The notes below the pieces were generated by a model. It worked only from the letters and a program-made list of their open reading frames with translations, was not told where the DNA came from and ran no database searches. DNA of 63,789 nucleotides from positions 1 through 63,789 of the IMG/VR virus record IMGVR_UViG_3300043395_000803; one strand, written 5' to 3'. This DNA comes from a virus. Its lineage: Duplodnaviria; Caudoviricetes. The translations under genes and the position numbers were made by a program. Within the stretch, counting starts at the first letter, position 1, and each line of letters begins with the position of its first letter. Positions 18,792 to 27,055 of this stretch are shown here, one piece after another.

Positions 18792-18983
18792 ATGAGCAAC
18801 GACGCAAAGAAGACGATGCCCTGGATTCCCGTGGGTCATCCTGATTTCAAGTGGCGATCAGGCGCGGATGTGCAGGCTACATGGCATCGCTACACCGGAT
18901 GGACTCCGCCCAGCGCGGGCCGGGAGCCTGTGTATGTGGAGGCCCGCACGCCAGAGTGGGCTAAGGTGAGGAGGGTGAAGTGA
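18792..18983 (+). CDS. Hypothetical protein
   Basis: GAGGT RBS; PDFKWRSGADVQATW...GWTPPS. Confidence 0.65.
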   Translation: MSNDAKKTMPWIPVGHPDFKWRSGADVQATWHRYTGWTPPSAGREPVYVEARTPEWAKVRRVK

Positions 18984-19102
18984 TGCAACGCTACGAAGAC
19001 GATGGGCTTGACGAACTGGGATGGCTTGCCGCCATGCTTGGCGCGTTGGGCTTTCTGTTTTTTGCCCTGGTGTACTTCCTGCACTGGGCTGGGTTGCTAT
19101 GA
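18983..19102 (+). CDS. Small single-TM peptide (39 aa, not in ORF track)
   Basis: MQRYEDDGLDELGWLAAMLGALGFLFFALVYFLHWAGLL; coupled at both ends. Confidence 0.55.
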   Translation: MQRYEDDGLDELGWLAAMLGALGFLFFALVYFLHWAGLL

Positions 19103-19218
19103 GGCGGCTGACTGACTGGCTTGCCACAGCATGGCTCCTTGCGGCCTTGCTCGTGGTGTTCCTCGCCCCGTTCGTGACGGTGGCGGTGTTAGTCACTTAC
19201 TTGTGGGGGATGGTATGA
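19099..19218 (+). CDS. Small single-TM peptide
   Basis: MRRLTDWLATAWLLAALLVVFLAPF...; ATGA overlaps. Confidence 0.55.
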   Translation: MRRLTDWLATAWLLAALLVVFLAPFVTVAVLVTYLWGMV

Positions 19219-19541
19219 AACAACCAGAAGCCCTGCGCTTGGCTGATGCGCTTGATTACAAGTGGTTTCGGTGGGGCGCTGACGAAATTGATGAGAGGAA
19301 AGCCGCCGCCGAACTGCGCCGCCTGAGTGCTGAGAACGATGCGCTGCGCGAAGCCAACGAAGCCTTCGCCAAACGACAAGAGTGGTGGAACGAGAAGATG
19401 TTTGCGCTTGAAACGCTGAACGCGGAACTGTTGATGGCGTTGAAATACATCGACAAAGAGTTCCGCAAACACGGGCGGCAGCATTGGCCTGAAGCCGTGA
19501 AAGCCCGCGCAGCCATCGCAAAAGCAGGAGAGAAGGCATGA
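19215..19541 (+). CDS. Hypothetical protein
   Basis: MKQPEALRLADAL...AAAELRRL...ARAAIAKA modular phage motif. Confidence 0.7.
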   Translation: MKQPEALRLADALDYKWFRWGADEIDERKAAAELRRLSAENDALREANEAFAKRQEWWNEKMFALETLNAELLMALKYIDKEFRKHGRQHWPEAVKARAAIAKAGEKA

Positions 19542-19663
19542 ACTGCGAAATTTCCCCGGGGTTCCTGTTTGGAACCATCATCAGCATCATCATCGGCAGC
19601 GCCATCGGCGGCGTCATCTGGGGCTTCGTTGAAGCATGGTGGAAGGACAGACATGGATCGTGA
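19538..19663 (+). CDS. Small single-TM peptide (not in ORF track)
   Basis: MNCEISPGFLFGTIISIIIGSAIGGVIWGFVEAWWKDRHGS; AGGAG RBS. Confidence 0.55.
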   Translation: MNCEISPGFLFGTIISIIIGSAIGGVIWGFVEAWWKDRHGS

Positions 19664-19988
19664 CACCATCATCCGACTGGCGCGGCAAGCGGGGGCCTTT
19701 CCAGAACTGTCTGCGACCCCGGAAAAAGACGTGGTGTTCCTTAAACGCTTCGCTGCCCTTGTTGCCGCTGCCGAGCGTGAGAAGGTAGCCCGGTGGATGA
19801 TGGAGCGTGGTTACGCCACGGGCCACGGAGACACCACGGAAGACCTGCTGACGGAGTTGGAGTGGCAGGTGCGCGAGAGCGAACGCAAGGCGTGTGCGAA
19901 GGCGTGTGATGACTTGACCGCAAACGAAGCGCAAAGAGTCGCACTCATGGAAGCGAGCCGCCGCATCAGAGAAAGGAGCAATAAATGA
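19653..19988 (+). CDS. Hypothetical protein
   Basis: MDRDTIIRLARQAG...RFAALVAAAERE...GYATGHGDT. Confidence 0.7.
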   Translation: MDRDTIIRLARQAGAFPELSATPEKDVVFLKRFAALVAAAEREKVARWMMERGYATGHGDTTEDLLTELEWQVRESERKACAKACDDLTANEAQRVALMEASRRIRERSNK

Positions 19989-20218
19989 GTAAAGGTTTGT
20001 TCGATGACGTGCCCATCCACAACCCAGACCGAGACAAGGCGTGGGAGCGGATCATCAAGCGCAAGGATATGAAGGCGATGATGAAGAAGGTCGAAGGATG
20101 CAAGTTCCCGCTTGATGGTTCTTACGACCTGTGGTGCATCGCTTGGAACATGGCATGGACTAAAGGGCACGAGGCCGGATGGGACTCGCGTGGCGAATGG
20201 GAAAAGGAGAAGACATGA
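19985..20218 (+). CDS. Hypothetical protein
   Basis: AAGGAG RBS; 77 aa. Confidence 0.65.
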   Translation: MSKGLFDDVPIHNPDRDKAWERIIKRKDMKAMMKKVEGCKFPLDGSYDLWCIAWNMAWTKGHEAGWDSRGEWEKEKT

Positions 20219-20463
20219 CCCGCGACGACATCATCCGACTGTCTCGGGAAGCCGGGTTTGCTGACGGCGTGCCAGAGATCGTAGGGCTTGAAGGATTTGC
20301 CCGGTTCGCGGCCCTGGTTGCAGAACAAGAGCGGGAAGAGATGGGCAAAGATTTCTTAGATTTTTACCGAATGATGGTGATGCTCGGGGACAAGGAGTCT
20401 GCAATAACAACAGAGCACTGCATGAGTCTGATCAGAATGAGAAGCAAAAGGAAACCAACATGA
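20215..20463 (+). CDS. Hypothetical protein, paralogue of 19653
   Basis: MTRDDIIRLSREAG...RFAALVAEQERE. Confidence 0.65.
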   Translation: MTRDDIIRLSREAGFADGVPEIVGLEGFARFAALVAEQEREEMGKDFLDFYRMMVMLGDKESAITTEHCMSLIRMRSKRKPT

Positions 20464-20714
20464 ACCAATATATGCACGAAGCCTACGAATGCTTGGTCAC
20501 CAAACTCAAGGGGACCATCAAGGAACTGACCAACAAGATGGACGAACGGTACTGTGCCGACAACACGGCCATCAGCATGCTGCTGGACTTCGTCCTCGAA
20601 CACCACGGGCCGCAAGTCGCCAAGCAACTGGCAGAAGAAATAGATGAAGCAGGTGGCTACGAAGTTGCCGACTACCTGCGCGACAAGATGGAAGAGAAAG
20701 GACTCGAACCATGA
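20460..20714 (+). CDS. Hypothetical protein
   Basis: Coupled ORF, 84 aa. Confidence 0.6.
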   Translation: MNQYMHEAYECLVTKLKGTIKELTNKMDERYCADNTAISMLLDFVLEHHGPQVAKQLAEEIDEAGGYEVADYLRDKMEEKGLEP

Positions 20715-20908
20715 GCGAACAATCAAGCAGACGAATCGAAGACCCGGATGTGCTCATGGTTGACGCGCTTCATCACATCACTTGCTGCCTTCTTAACGAG
20801 ACACACGTCAATGGCGGGCCAACGATACGTGAAGAAGACATCGAACATCTTTGGCAGGCAGTACACGCCCTGAGCCTTGCCTACCTGCGCCCCAGGAAGA
20901 TCGTATGA
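20711..20908 (+). CDS. Hypothetical protein
   Basis: Coupled ORF, 65 aa. Confidence 0.55.
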   Translation: MSEQSSRRIEDPDVLMVDALHHITCCLLNETHVNGGPTIREEDIEHLWQAVHALSLAYLRPRKIV

Positions 20909-21078
20909 GAGAAGAACCCTGCGAACACCGCAAGGTTGACATGTATTACGACATGGAAACTAAGAAGCCCGTCCTGTGGGCCTGCCGGAACTGCATGTTG
21001 CAGTTCGTACCCGTACAAAAGGAAAACGAAGATGAAACACATCACCCTCTTGATGAGATGCCACGAACTCCTGCGTAG
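20905..21078 (+). CDS. Small Zn-ribbon-like protein
   Basis: MREEPCEH...WACRNC. Confidence 0.5.
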   Translation: MREEPCEHRKVDMYYDMETKKPVLWACRNCMLQFVPVQKENEDETHHPLDEMPRTPA

Positions 21079-21304
21079 AGTTGATACCGTCACGCCCGAA
21101 GGCCGGGTCACCCAGGACGGGGACCGGCTGGCAAAAGACATCAACGACTACATCAACCACATCAGCAGCCACACCCACGACTGTTGGTCCTGGGGGCCAG
21201 AGCATTACATGTGCGCCTACGAACGAGTCAAAGAACTAGAGCAGAAGATCAAGGATCAACAGGATGTTCAAACTCCCGCAGTACACATGGGACAAGGATC
21301 GTGA
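21032..21304 (+). CDS. Hypothetical protein
   Basis: HTHDCWSWGPEHYMCA motif. Confidence 0.55.
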   Translation: MKHITLLMRCHELLRRVDTVTPEGRVTQDGDRLAKDINDYINHISSHTHDCWSWGPEHYMCAYERVKELEQKIKDQQDVQTPAVHMGQGS

Positions 21305-21539
21305 ACTCTGTAAGAGATGCAAACATTACCAACCGAGCATCGACCGTCCTCGCCTGTACTCGGGCGCACTGGTCATGCGATGCGCCGCCAACCCATTCAA
21401 AGCCAGTAAAGGAATCGGAACCTGCATCGACAACCGAACCCGTGGGCCGTGCGGTAAGGAAGGGCGATTGTTCGTTGCCGCCGGGAATCCGGTAATACCC
21501 GAATCAATATCGTTCGGACAAAAGGTTCCCCAAGGGTGA
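21264..21539 (+). CDS. Cys-rich hypothetical protein
   Basis: CKRCKHY...C...C...R..GPCGKEGRLF. Confidence 0.6.
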   Translation: MFKLPQYTWDKDRELCKRCKHYQPSIDRPRLYSGALVMRCAANPFKASKGIGTCIDNRTRGPCGKEGRLFVAAGNPVIPESISFGQKVPQG

Positions 21540-21775
21540 CAGCCCGGCTGTTCATCCCTGCCCAGAGGGCACGCGATTGTGCCTTCCCAGCAAACCCTTG
21601 AGGCAGCGATTCCTTCGATGGAGCGTTTGTCGTCACCGCTTGCCGCTCCGTCTTCCCCGGTCCCTCGCTGACAGGCCGGACGGCTATGCCCCGGGGTGTA
21701 CGGGAGCCGGTGTTTCCTGGGTGCGGCCCATGCAAGCCCATTGCTAACGCGCCCTGACGACGACTAGGTAGCACC

Positions 21776-21890
21776 AAAGAAAAAACCGCTAAGACAGACC
21801 CCGGTGGCAACATCCCTCTAGTGGGAGGGAGTACCCCTTACGGGGTCGGAGTCTGACTTAGCGGTTCTCTCTGCCAGTTGCCACACAAGC
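21776..21890 (-). ncRNA. c4-like antisense/immunity RNA candidate with overlapping terminator
   Basis: Closing stem AACCGCTAAG-T-CAGAC/GTCTG-T-CTTAGCGGTT followed by a U-tract; inner hairpins ACCCC-GTAA-GGGGT (GNRA) and TCCCTC/GAGGGA; GTTGCCAC complementary to upstream GTGGCAAC. Confidence 0.6.
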
Positions 21891-21898
21891 AGTACCCG

Positions 21899-21929
21899 AA
21901 TTTTGGGACATGTCCCATTTCTTTGTCAA
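21899..21929 (-). promoter_or_regulatory. Promoter with palindromic operator driving the c4-like RNA
   Basis: TTGACA (21929-21924), ~18 nt, CAAAAT; perfect palindrome TGGGACATGTCCCA (21904-21917) in the spacer/-10. Confidence 0.6.
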
Positions 21930-21935
21930 GCGGGC

Positions 21936-21961
21936 AAAAAAATCCCCGCCGGAGCGGGGGA
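21936..21961 (-). terminator. Rho-independent terminator
   Basis: CCCCGC-TCCG-GCGGGG-A-TTTTTTT downstream of the PAPS-reductase-like gene. Confidence 0.8.
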
Positions 21962-22043
21962 ACTCAACTTCAAGGAGAGGAGAAACAACTTGAACCACGG
22001 CATCTCTGCCGTACCCCGATTGTCCTGCTCCGCCTTCGGCTGG

Positions 22044-22838
22044 TCAATCCCCGCAGAAGCAAGGAATCCCTTCATCCATCCCGGCAAACATGTCAGCCTG
22101 ATCCTGGCTGAACTTCAGCATCGACCCGTAACTGGGCCGGTCACTGCGGAAGGTGGCCCCGATCTTCTCCTCCTGAGCCGCCCACCAGACAGCCCGCTCG
22201 GGACGATCCTTGATCAAAGACATGATCTGGTTCGGCCCCTTGAGGAAACACAGGTCACAGTTCCCCAGAGCCGTGATCCCGTCCCGGAAGGTCAAGCCAA
22301 GGTCGAAAGGACTGTTCTTCCAGAACGCCTGCACATCCACCTGCGTCACGCCCGCATCTGCCAGCGGCACCAGCAGGTTCCTCGCCCGCAGTTTGGGCAA
22401 ACGCCTGGGCTCATCAGCCCTGACCCCAATCATCATCTCTGCATCCTCAATCCCCTTGGAATCAAGGTATCTGTTGATCGCCTTGGCCTTCAACTCCTCA
22501 GTGCAGAACCGGGCCACAGGGTTGGGCAGGTAACTCTTGTTCTCAATCAGCGCAGCAAACGGCTCCCCCTGCCTGGAAGCAGAGGAAAAGTCAACGACCT
22601 CAAATCGTGGTATTTGAGCCCGGTACTCCAGCCAAACGATGGGTACACCCCACTCCCGGCTGCACCGATCCACGAACTCAAGGGTCGCCTCCTCCTCCTT
22701 GCCGGTGTTGGCAAAGCAGACAACAGCGTCAGAAGGTAGCCCTTGGTTCTCCTGCAAGACCCGCCACAGCATGTAGGCACTGGTCCGCCCACCGGAGAAG
22801 GAGATGCAGGTCGGGCCTGAAATTGCAAAGGGGTTCAA
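22044..22838 (-). CDS. PAPS-reductase-family (PP-loop) protein
   Basis: ISFSGGRTS, FANTGKE, RFCT.ELK, IGVRADE, GNCDLCFLK, C-terminal CFC. Confidence 0.85.
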   Translation of the reverse strand: MNPFAISGPTCISFSGGRTSAYMLWRVLQENQGLPSDAVVCFANTGKEEEATLEFVDRCSREWGVPIVWLEYRAQIPRFEVVDFSSASRQGEPFAALIENKSYLPNPVARFCTEELKAKAINRYLDSKGIEDAEMMIGVRADEPRRLPKLRARNLLVPLADAGVTQVDVQAFWKNSPFDLGLTFRDGITALGNCDLCFLKGPNQIMSLIKDRPERAVWWAAQEEKIGATFRSDRPSYGSMLKFSQDQADMFAGMDEGIPCFCGD

Positions 22839-23179
22839 CTGAGCACCTCTATTCCAACCTTGACGAATCCGCCGATCTCCTCGGCCTTCTCAATCGTGAT
22901 CCGCCACTTGCTGTCGTCCACCTTCAGGACATCCACCAGCCCGTCTATCCCGGCCTTGAAGCGCGCCAGACAGTTGTCCAGATCAATGGCCCTGCGGCTG
23001 GGCGGATAGAAGGTCAGCGTCACATGCAAGCCCTTGGCCTCTATCGGCCTAGCCCCCTGGCTCAGAGCCGTCCAAGCACAAGCCTGCCGGTAGGACTTCT
23101 TCGCCTTCGCCAACTGCGCCCAGTGAATGCGGGCATTCGGGCTCAGTTCCTTCAGCGGCCACGGCATCGTAAATTCCAT
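22835..23179 (-). CDS. rusA: RusA-like Holliday junction resolvase
   Basis: LSPN...TFYPPSRRAIDLDN...KAGIDGL...DD. Confidence 0.75.
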   Translation of the reverse strand: MEFTMPWPLKELSPNARIHWAQLAKAKKSYRQACAWTALSQGARPIEAKGLHVTLTFYPPSRRAIDLDNCLARFKAGIDGLVDVLKVDDSKWRITIEKAEEIGGFVKVGIEVLS

Positions 23180-23231
23180 GTACCTGTTATATCACAAGGG
23201 GCTTGACAGGTACAGACCTACCAGTTAGCAT
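23179..23231. promoter_or_regulatory. Divergent promoters with inverted-repeat operator
   Basis: Plus: TTGACA(23203)-17-TAGCAT; minus: TGaTATAAC 6 nt before the rusA ATG (leaderless-like); inverted repeat TGTACCTGT (23179-87)/ACAGGTACA (23206-14). Confidence 0.65.
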
Positions 23232-23259
23232 CACTTCCCTCCTACCTGAAAGGACACAC

Positions 23260-23508
23260 ATGATAGACAAGAAAAAACTGGAGACAGTTTTCAAGATCGC
23301 AGATATCGCAACCAAGATTGTCGATGTCACTCAAGACAACTCCGACGATGACTTTGTCCGTATGAAGGCTGCGGCCTTGGCTCTTGTTTCCATCTGCGGC
23401 TCTAGGGATATGGACGACATGCAGATGTGCAGGCTTGTCTTCGAAACCTATCACGAGATGACCGACTGGCAACGAACAGGCCCAAGAACAGAGGAGACCA
23501 AGCAATGA
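23260..23508 (+). CDS. Hypothetical protein
   Basis: AAAGGA RBS; first gene after the promoter. Confidence 0.65.
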   Translation: MIDKKKLETVFKIADIATKIVDVTQDNSDDDFVRMKAAALALVSICGSRDMDDMQMCRLVFETYHEMTDWQRTGPRTEETKQ

Positions 23509-24374
23509 AACTCACCAACAACTTCAACCTGCCGGACACCTTCGTCAATGTGATCCGCCGCCCTCAGTACACCAAGGGTGACGCGCAGATCAGCGCCACG
23601 GAAATCCTCAACAGCCCCAGGATCGTAGCCCTCAAGCGCAAGCACTGGGATGAACTTGAGGAAGACGCATCAGACATGGTCTGGTCGCTCTTCGGCTCTG
23701 CTGTCCACAATGTTCTGGAGCACGGCAAGGACGCCCATCACATCGTGGAGGAGCGCATCTTCACCGAGTTCGAGGGATGGAAGATCAGCGGTGCTATCGA
23801 CCTGCAAGAAGTCTACGAAGACGGCACCATCATCTCCGACTACAAAGTCACGGGTGCCTGGGCCGTGATGAACGAGAAGCAGGACTGGCACAACCAACTC
23901 AACACCTACGCATGGTTGCTTGAGCGGGTGAAGAAGCAGCCAGTCAAATCCTTGCAGATTGTTGCCATCATCCGCGACTGGTCACGCCGGGATGCACAGA
24001 CCAAGGACTCTTACCCAAAGTCACCGGTCACGGTCATCTCGATCCCGCTGTGGCCGTATGAACAGCGTGAGCAGTATGTGGCCGAGCGGCTGCGCCTGCA
24101 CAACGAAGCATTCTTTGCGATTCATTCAGGAGAAGGAATGCCTGAATGCACCGCTGAAGAAATGTGGGAGAAGCCCACAACCTATGCTGTTATGAAAGAA
24201 GGCGGCAAACGCGCCAAGAGTGTCCATGAGACACAGGAGGAAGCGGAAAAGGCAAACCCAGGTAAAGGCTACTTTATCGAGGTGCGCCAAGGCGGTCGGA
24301 CTCGGTGCGAATCATTCTGCCAAGTCTCGGCCTTTTGTTCTCAGTACCAAAACTATCTCAAGGAATCAACATGA
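23505..24374 (+). CDS. PD-(D/E)xK exonuclease (Cas4/RecB-like)
   Basis: ISAT, GSAVH, ISGAIDL...ISDYK, QLNTY, C-terminal RCESFCQVSAFC. Confidence 0.85.
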   Translation: MKLTNNFNLPDTFVNVIRRPQYTKGDAQISATEILNSPRIVALKRKHWDELEEDASDMVWSLFGSAVHNVLEHGKDAHHIVEERIFTEFEGWKISGAIDLQEVYEDGTIISDYKVTGAWAVMNEKQDWHNQLNTYAWLLERVKKQPVKSLQIVAIIRDWSRRDAQTKDSYPKSPVTVISIPLWPYEQREQYVAERLRLHNEAFFAIHSGEGMPECTAEEMWEKPTTYAVMKEGGKRAKSVHETQEEAEKANPGKGYFIEVRQGGRTRCESFCQVSAFCSQYQNYLKEST

Positions 24375-24763
24375 ACCTCGTTCACCTGACCATTTCTGAA
24401 GCCGATCTCCCCTTCCTGATGGAAGCCATCAACCTTCGTTCTATGTCCTTGCAAGAGGAACTGCGCTGTCAGGTCATTGAGCAGCGTCAGCGCCTGGAAG
24501 CCAAGCAAGAGGCCGAGCGGAAAGCCAAACTTGCAGAAGTTACGCCCGCCCAGACTATCCACATTGATGCAATCAGCCCTCTAGAAAAAGCCATCACCGT
24601 GACGGAAGAAGCCAAGCCCTCGCTTGCCGAGCGCCGCGCCGCCCTGAAGAAACTGTTGAGCACCAAGGAAGGCCGCGCACTGTCCATCGCTGAGATCGCC
24701 CGCCAGACGGGGGTCTCCTATGTCACCGCCCGCAAGGCAGTTGTTTCCAAGAGGAAGAACTAA
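24371..24763 (+). CDS. HTH DNA-binding protein
   Basis: C-terminal LSIAEIARQTGVSYVTARK. Confidence 0.7.
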   Translation: MNLVHLTISEADLPFLMEAINLRSMSLQEELRCQVIEQRQRLEAKQEAERKAKLAEVTPAQTIHIDAISPLEKAITVTEEAKPSLAERRAALKKLLSTKEGRALSIAEIARQTGVSYVTARKAVVSKRKN

Positions 24764-25467
24764 TGGAAAACCAGTTCGCAGCACTGGCCGCAATTGATGT
24801 CTCAAAGCACATCGAGAAGAAGGGCAACCTGTCCTACCTCTCCTGGCCGTGGGCGGTAGAGAAACTCATGCGCGCAGACCCGATGGCATGTTGGGAATTC
24901 CACGCGCCTGAGATATATGGCGAAAGCATGATGGTGTCCTGCACCGTCACCGCTTTTGGCAAGCCCATCAAGATGCACCTGCCCGTCATGGATCACCGCA
25001 ACCAAGCGGCCAAGAACCCTGACGCAGTCCTCATCAACAAGAACATGATGCGCTGTTTGGTCAAGGCCATCGCGTGTCACGGTCTGGGCTTGCACATCTA
25101 CGCAGGCGAAGACCTTCCCCTTGATGAAGACGGCAACAGGCAGGAGAAGCCCAAGGCCCAGCCCAGGCCTGAGCCCAAGGCAGAGCGCGTCACGCCAAAG
25201 GTCATCGAGGGCAAGGAAACGGACTGGAAGATGAAGATCACCATGCTTGGTGAGAACGACAACCCCGAGGATTGGATCGGCGTTCTCAACGACATGACGA
25301 GCATCGCCCTGTCCACGGCCACCTCCACCAGTCAGGTAATGGCAATCTTCAAGGCCAACGCAGACATCTTCAACAAGGCAAAGGCAATTGACGCAGCAGC
25401 CTACGACAAGTTGCTCGACAAGTTCAAAGAAGCCAAAGCCAAATTCGCAGCAAAGGAAACCGAATGA
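24763..25467 (+). CDS. Sak-like single-strand annealing protein (Rad52-like, DUF1071-type)
   Basis: IDVSKHIEKKGNLSYLSW.WA...MHLPVMD.RN...MRCLVKAIA.HGLGL.IYAGEDLP. Confidence 0.88.
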   Translation: MENQFAALAAIDVSKHIEKKGNLSYLSWPWAVEKLMRADPMACWEFHAPEIYGESMMVSCTVTAFGKPIKMHLPVMDHRNQAAKNPDAVLINKNMMRCLVKAIACHGLGLHIYAGEDLPLDEDGNRQEKPKAQPRPEPKAERVTPKVIEGKETDWKMKITMLGENDNPEDWIGVLNDMTSIALSTATSTSQVMAIFKANADIFNKAKAIDAAAYDKLLDKFKEAKAKFAAKETE

Positions 25468-25835
25468 ACTCCATCACAGTCGCTGGCTCTCTGGGCCGAG
25501 ATGCAGAACTGAAGTACCTCAACAACGGAGATGCCATCAGCGCCTTCTCCGTGGCCGACAGCCAGGGCAAAGACAAGCACACCATTTGGTGGAACTGCAC
25601 CATCTATGGCAAGCGCGCCGAATCCCTGAACCAGTATCTGGTCAAGGGTCAAGCCGTCACCGTGGCCGGGCACATCACCGAGCGCGAGTACACCGACAAG
25701 AACGGCAACGAGCGCAAGGCTATGGAGATTCGCGTCACCGACGTGATGCTCCAAGGCCGCAAGCAAGAGTCCGCTCCTAAGCCTGCCAAGCAGGAAGAGA
25801 AGGCTGACTACGACGACTCTGATGTCCCCTTCTAG
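25464..25835 (+). CDS. ssb: Single-stranded DNA-binding protein
   Basis: G.LGRDAE, FSVA, KGQAVTVAG, acidic tail DDSDVPF. Confidence 0.92.
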   Translation: MNSITVAGSLGRDAELKYLNNGDAISAFSVADSQGKDKHTIWWNCTIYGKRAESLNQYLVKGQAVTVAGHITEREYTDKNGNERKAMEIRVTDVMLQGRKQESAPKPAKQEEKADYDDSDVPF

Positions 25836-25843
25836 GAGGTCAC

Positions 25844-26128
25844 ATGGTACGCATTTTTTCTGATGTCAATGGATCAGGCGACTTTGTTATTCAAACAACT
25901 TGCCTGGACACCGATACTTTTCTTACTGAGTTTGCGGAAGCCTTCGATGCTGCGGTTGTCAAAGCAAACGATGGCGGCATGACGGCAATGGGCATTCTCA
26001 AGAACGCCATGCCGATTGCCTACAAACTTTCTGGCTACAAGGCTGACAACGTGCAGGAGCAGCGCACTTTGGTGTGCGGGACGATCTCCCCCAACTCTTG
26101 CGAGGTGGTCGCAAGTGCAGGCCGGTGA
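25844..26128 (+). CDS. Hypothetical protein
   Basis: AGGAGG RBS; 94 aa. Confidence 0.6.
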   Translation: MVRIFSDVNGSGDFVIQTTCLDTDTFLTEFAEAFDAAVVKANDGGMTAMGILKNAMPIAYKLSGYKADNVQEQRTLVCGTISPNSCEVVASAGR

Positions 26129-26177
26129 ACTGTGGTGGGCAGGGAAAGAAGAAACCCTGTCCGCAAAACTTGACAAG

Positions 26178-26639
26178 ATGGCACCTTCTTGTCTGTCTCT
26201 TGAGCAGGTGTTCCTGGCATCGCTTAAAAAAGCCCCGACCAGAGAACACGCAGTTTTTGATCCAACACCGCTCAAGAGAGATGACATTGAAGAACGAATG
26301 ATCTTGTTCTCACAATGGAAGATGAGCATGGAAGCAACAATTGCGTCAGTCGAATCAACTCAACGCGCACAAGCCGCGATTGACAATCTTAGGAAAACTC
26401 TGAACGAGTTCCGAGGAGCCATCAAGAATGATTTGAGTTCTATGAAGGCCGCTAGTGAACGGGTTCAGAATGAAGTCCTTCAGATGCAGGACAAGTACCG
26501 AAAGGCCCAAGACATCCTGACCACGCCGGACTTCATGAAAGCCATTGAGAATGCCGAGCGCATGGCTGCTGCCCTTGAGGCAATACAGAAGTTGACCGAA
26601 ACAAAGGTCAGCGTTGCAGTCTTTGGTGGCGGTAAGTAA
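26178..26639 (+). CDS. Coiled-coil hypothetical protein (start uncertain)
   Basis: Helical C-terminal half; TAATG coupling to the next gene. Confidence 0.55.
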   Translation: MAPSCLSLEQVFLASLKKAPTREHAVFDPTPLKRDDIEERMILFSQWKMSMEATIASVESTQRAQAAIDNLRKTLNEFRGAIKNDLSSMKAASERVQNEVLQMQDKYRKAQDILTTPDFMKAIENAERMAAALEAIQKLTETKVSVAVFGGGK

Positions 26640-27055
26640 TGGAAACTCTCCAGTTTGAAGCCGTCAAGGTCGCGCTCAAGCAGGACAAGACAGGGTACAT
26701 CCTGACCCTCAATGTCCACCCGGACGAGATTCCGGTTGACTTGATGCGCGACTTCGTGGGTGCCCGCTATCAAGTGGTCATGGTCCGGCTCAACGGCGAA
26801 GACAAGCCAATGAACCGGGAGCATGAGTACGCCCGTGATCCCGTCAGGGTAGCAGGCATCCTATGTCGTGATGACTTGTTTGCTAATTGGCTCTTCGAGC
26901 GCGGGCAGATTCTGGATACAGATGAAGCCAGCGTAGTCGAATGGCTCAAGGAGCGACTGCACATCAAGTCCCGCACAGAACTCAAGGATCGGCCCGCAGC
27001 CGTCAAGGAGTTGTTTGCAATCGAACAGGAATACAAGCAATGGACAAACGCCTGA
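26639..27055 (+). CDS. Conserved hypothetical protein
   Basis: QFEAVKVALKQDKTGYILTLNVHPDE...GARY..VMV. Confidence 0.75.
   Translation: METLQFEAVKVALKQDKTGYILTLNVHPDEIPVDLMRDFVGARYQVVMVRLNGEDKPMNREHEYARDPVRVAGILCRDDLFANWLFERGQILDTDEASVVEWLKERLHIKSRTELKDRPAAVKELFAIEQEYKQWTNA

Noticed and set aside
21397-21813. 138-aa minus-strand ORF as a real gene
   Set aside because: Starts inside the c4-like structure, has no RBS, overlaps a plus-strand gene and has no recognisable motif; not fully excluded
23505-24374. Cas4 as evidence of a CRISPR system
   Set aside because: Sits with Sak and SSB as a standard phage recombination exonuclease
24758-24776. Fourth copy of the palindrome (AACTAATGGAAA; similar TAATGGAAA at ~26637)
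   Set aside because: Half-site only, explained by TAATG stop/start coupling followed by a Glu codon
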